From positions 1 through 15,483 of the forward strand of contig DASXQR010000006.1 in NCBI GenBank assembly GCA_036507075.1: a stretch of 15,483 nucleotides of DNA. The letters are read 5' to 3'. Origin of the DNA: Acidobacteriota bacterium (GTDB lineage Bacteria > Acidobacteriota > UBA6911 > JACQSX01). Within the stretch, counting starts at the first letter, position 1. Every line of letters starts with the position of its first letter. A program made the translations under genes and the position numbers. Of this stretch, positions 15,440-15,483 are shown one piece after another. The notes under the pieces were generated by a model. It was not told the origin of the DNA. It ran no database searches and saw nothing but the letters and a program-made list of their open reading frames with translations.

Positions 15440-15483
15440 AGCTCGTGGACATGGATGGCTTTGAAAAACTTTGGCAAAAAAAA

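Overview
GC-rich bacterial window, Acidobacteria-like by gene content (inference only). It has 12 supportable CDSs: msrQ (partial) and msrP (-); a + strand run of Gfo/Idh/MocA dehydrogenase, DUF5916/CBM9-like outer-membrane protein, TauE/SafE transporter, cupin and PIG-L deacetylase; then S8 subtilase, PspC-domain protein, HtrA-type protease and a wHTH-TolB-like-TPR regulator (-); and a divergent SBP56-like beta-propeller (+). The genes are ordinary, but the intergenic DNA is not. Ten of the 12 intergenic or terminal gaps hold repeat elements, nine of them palindromic and built from short 7-9-nt tandem units. Several are nested, two share an inner module with a compensatory base-pair change, and one is interrupted by a 150-bp hairpin-ended insert whose terminus recurs 3.3 kb away beside the same kind of repeat unit. 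No transposase or nuclease gene is in the window, so any mobilising machinery would act in trans. All pairings and counts were done by eye.
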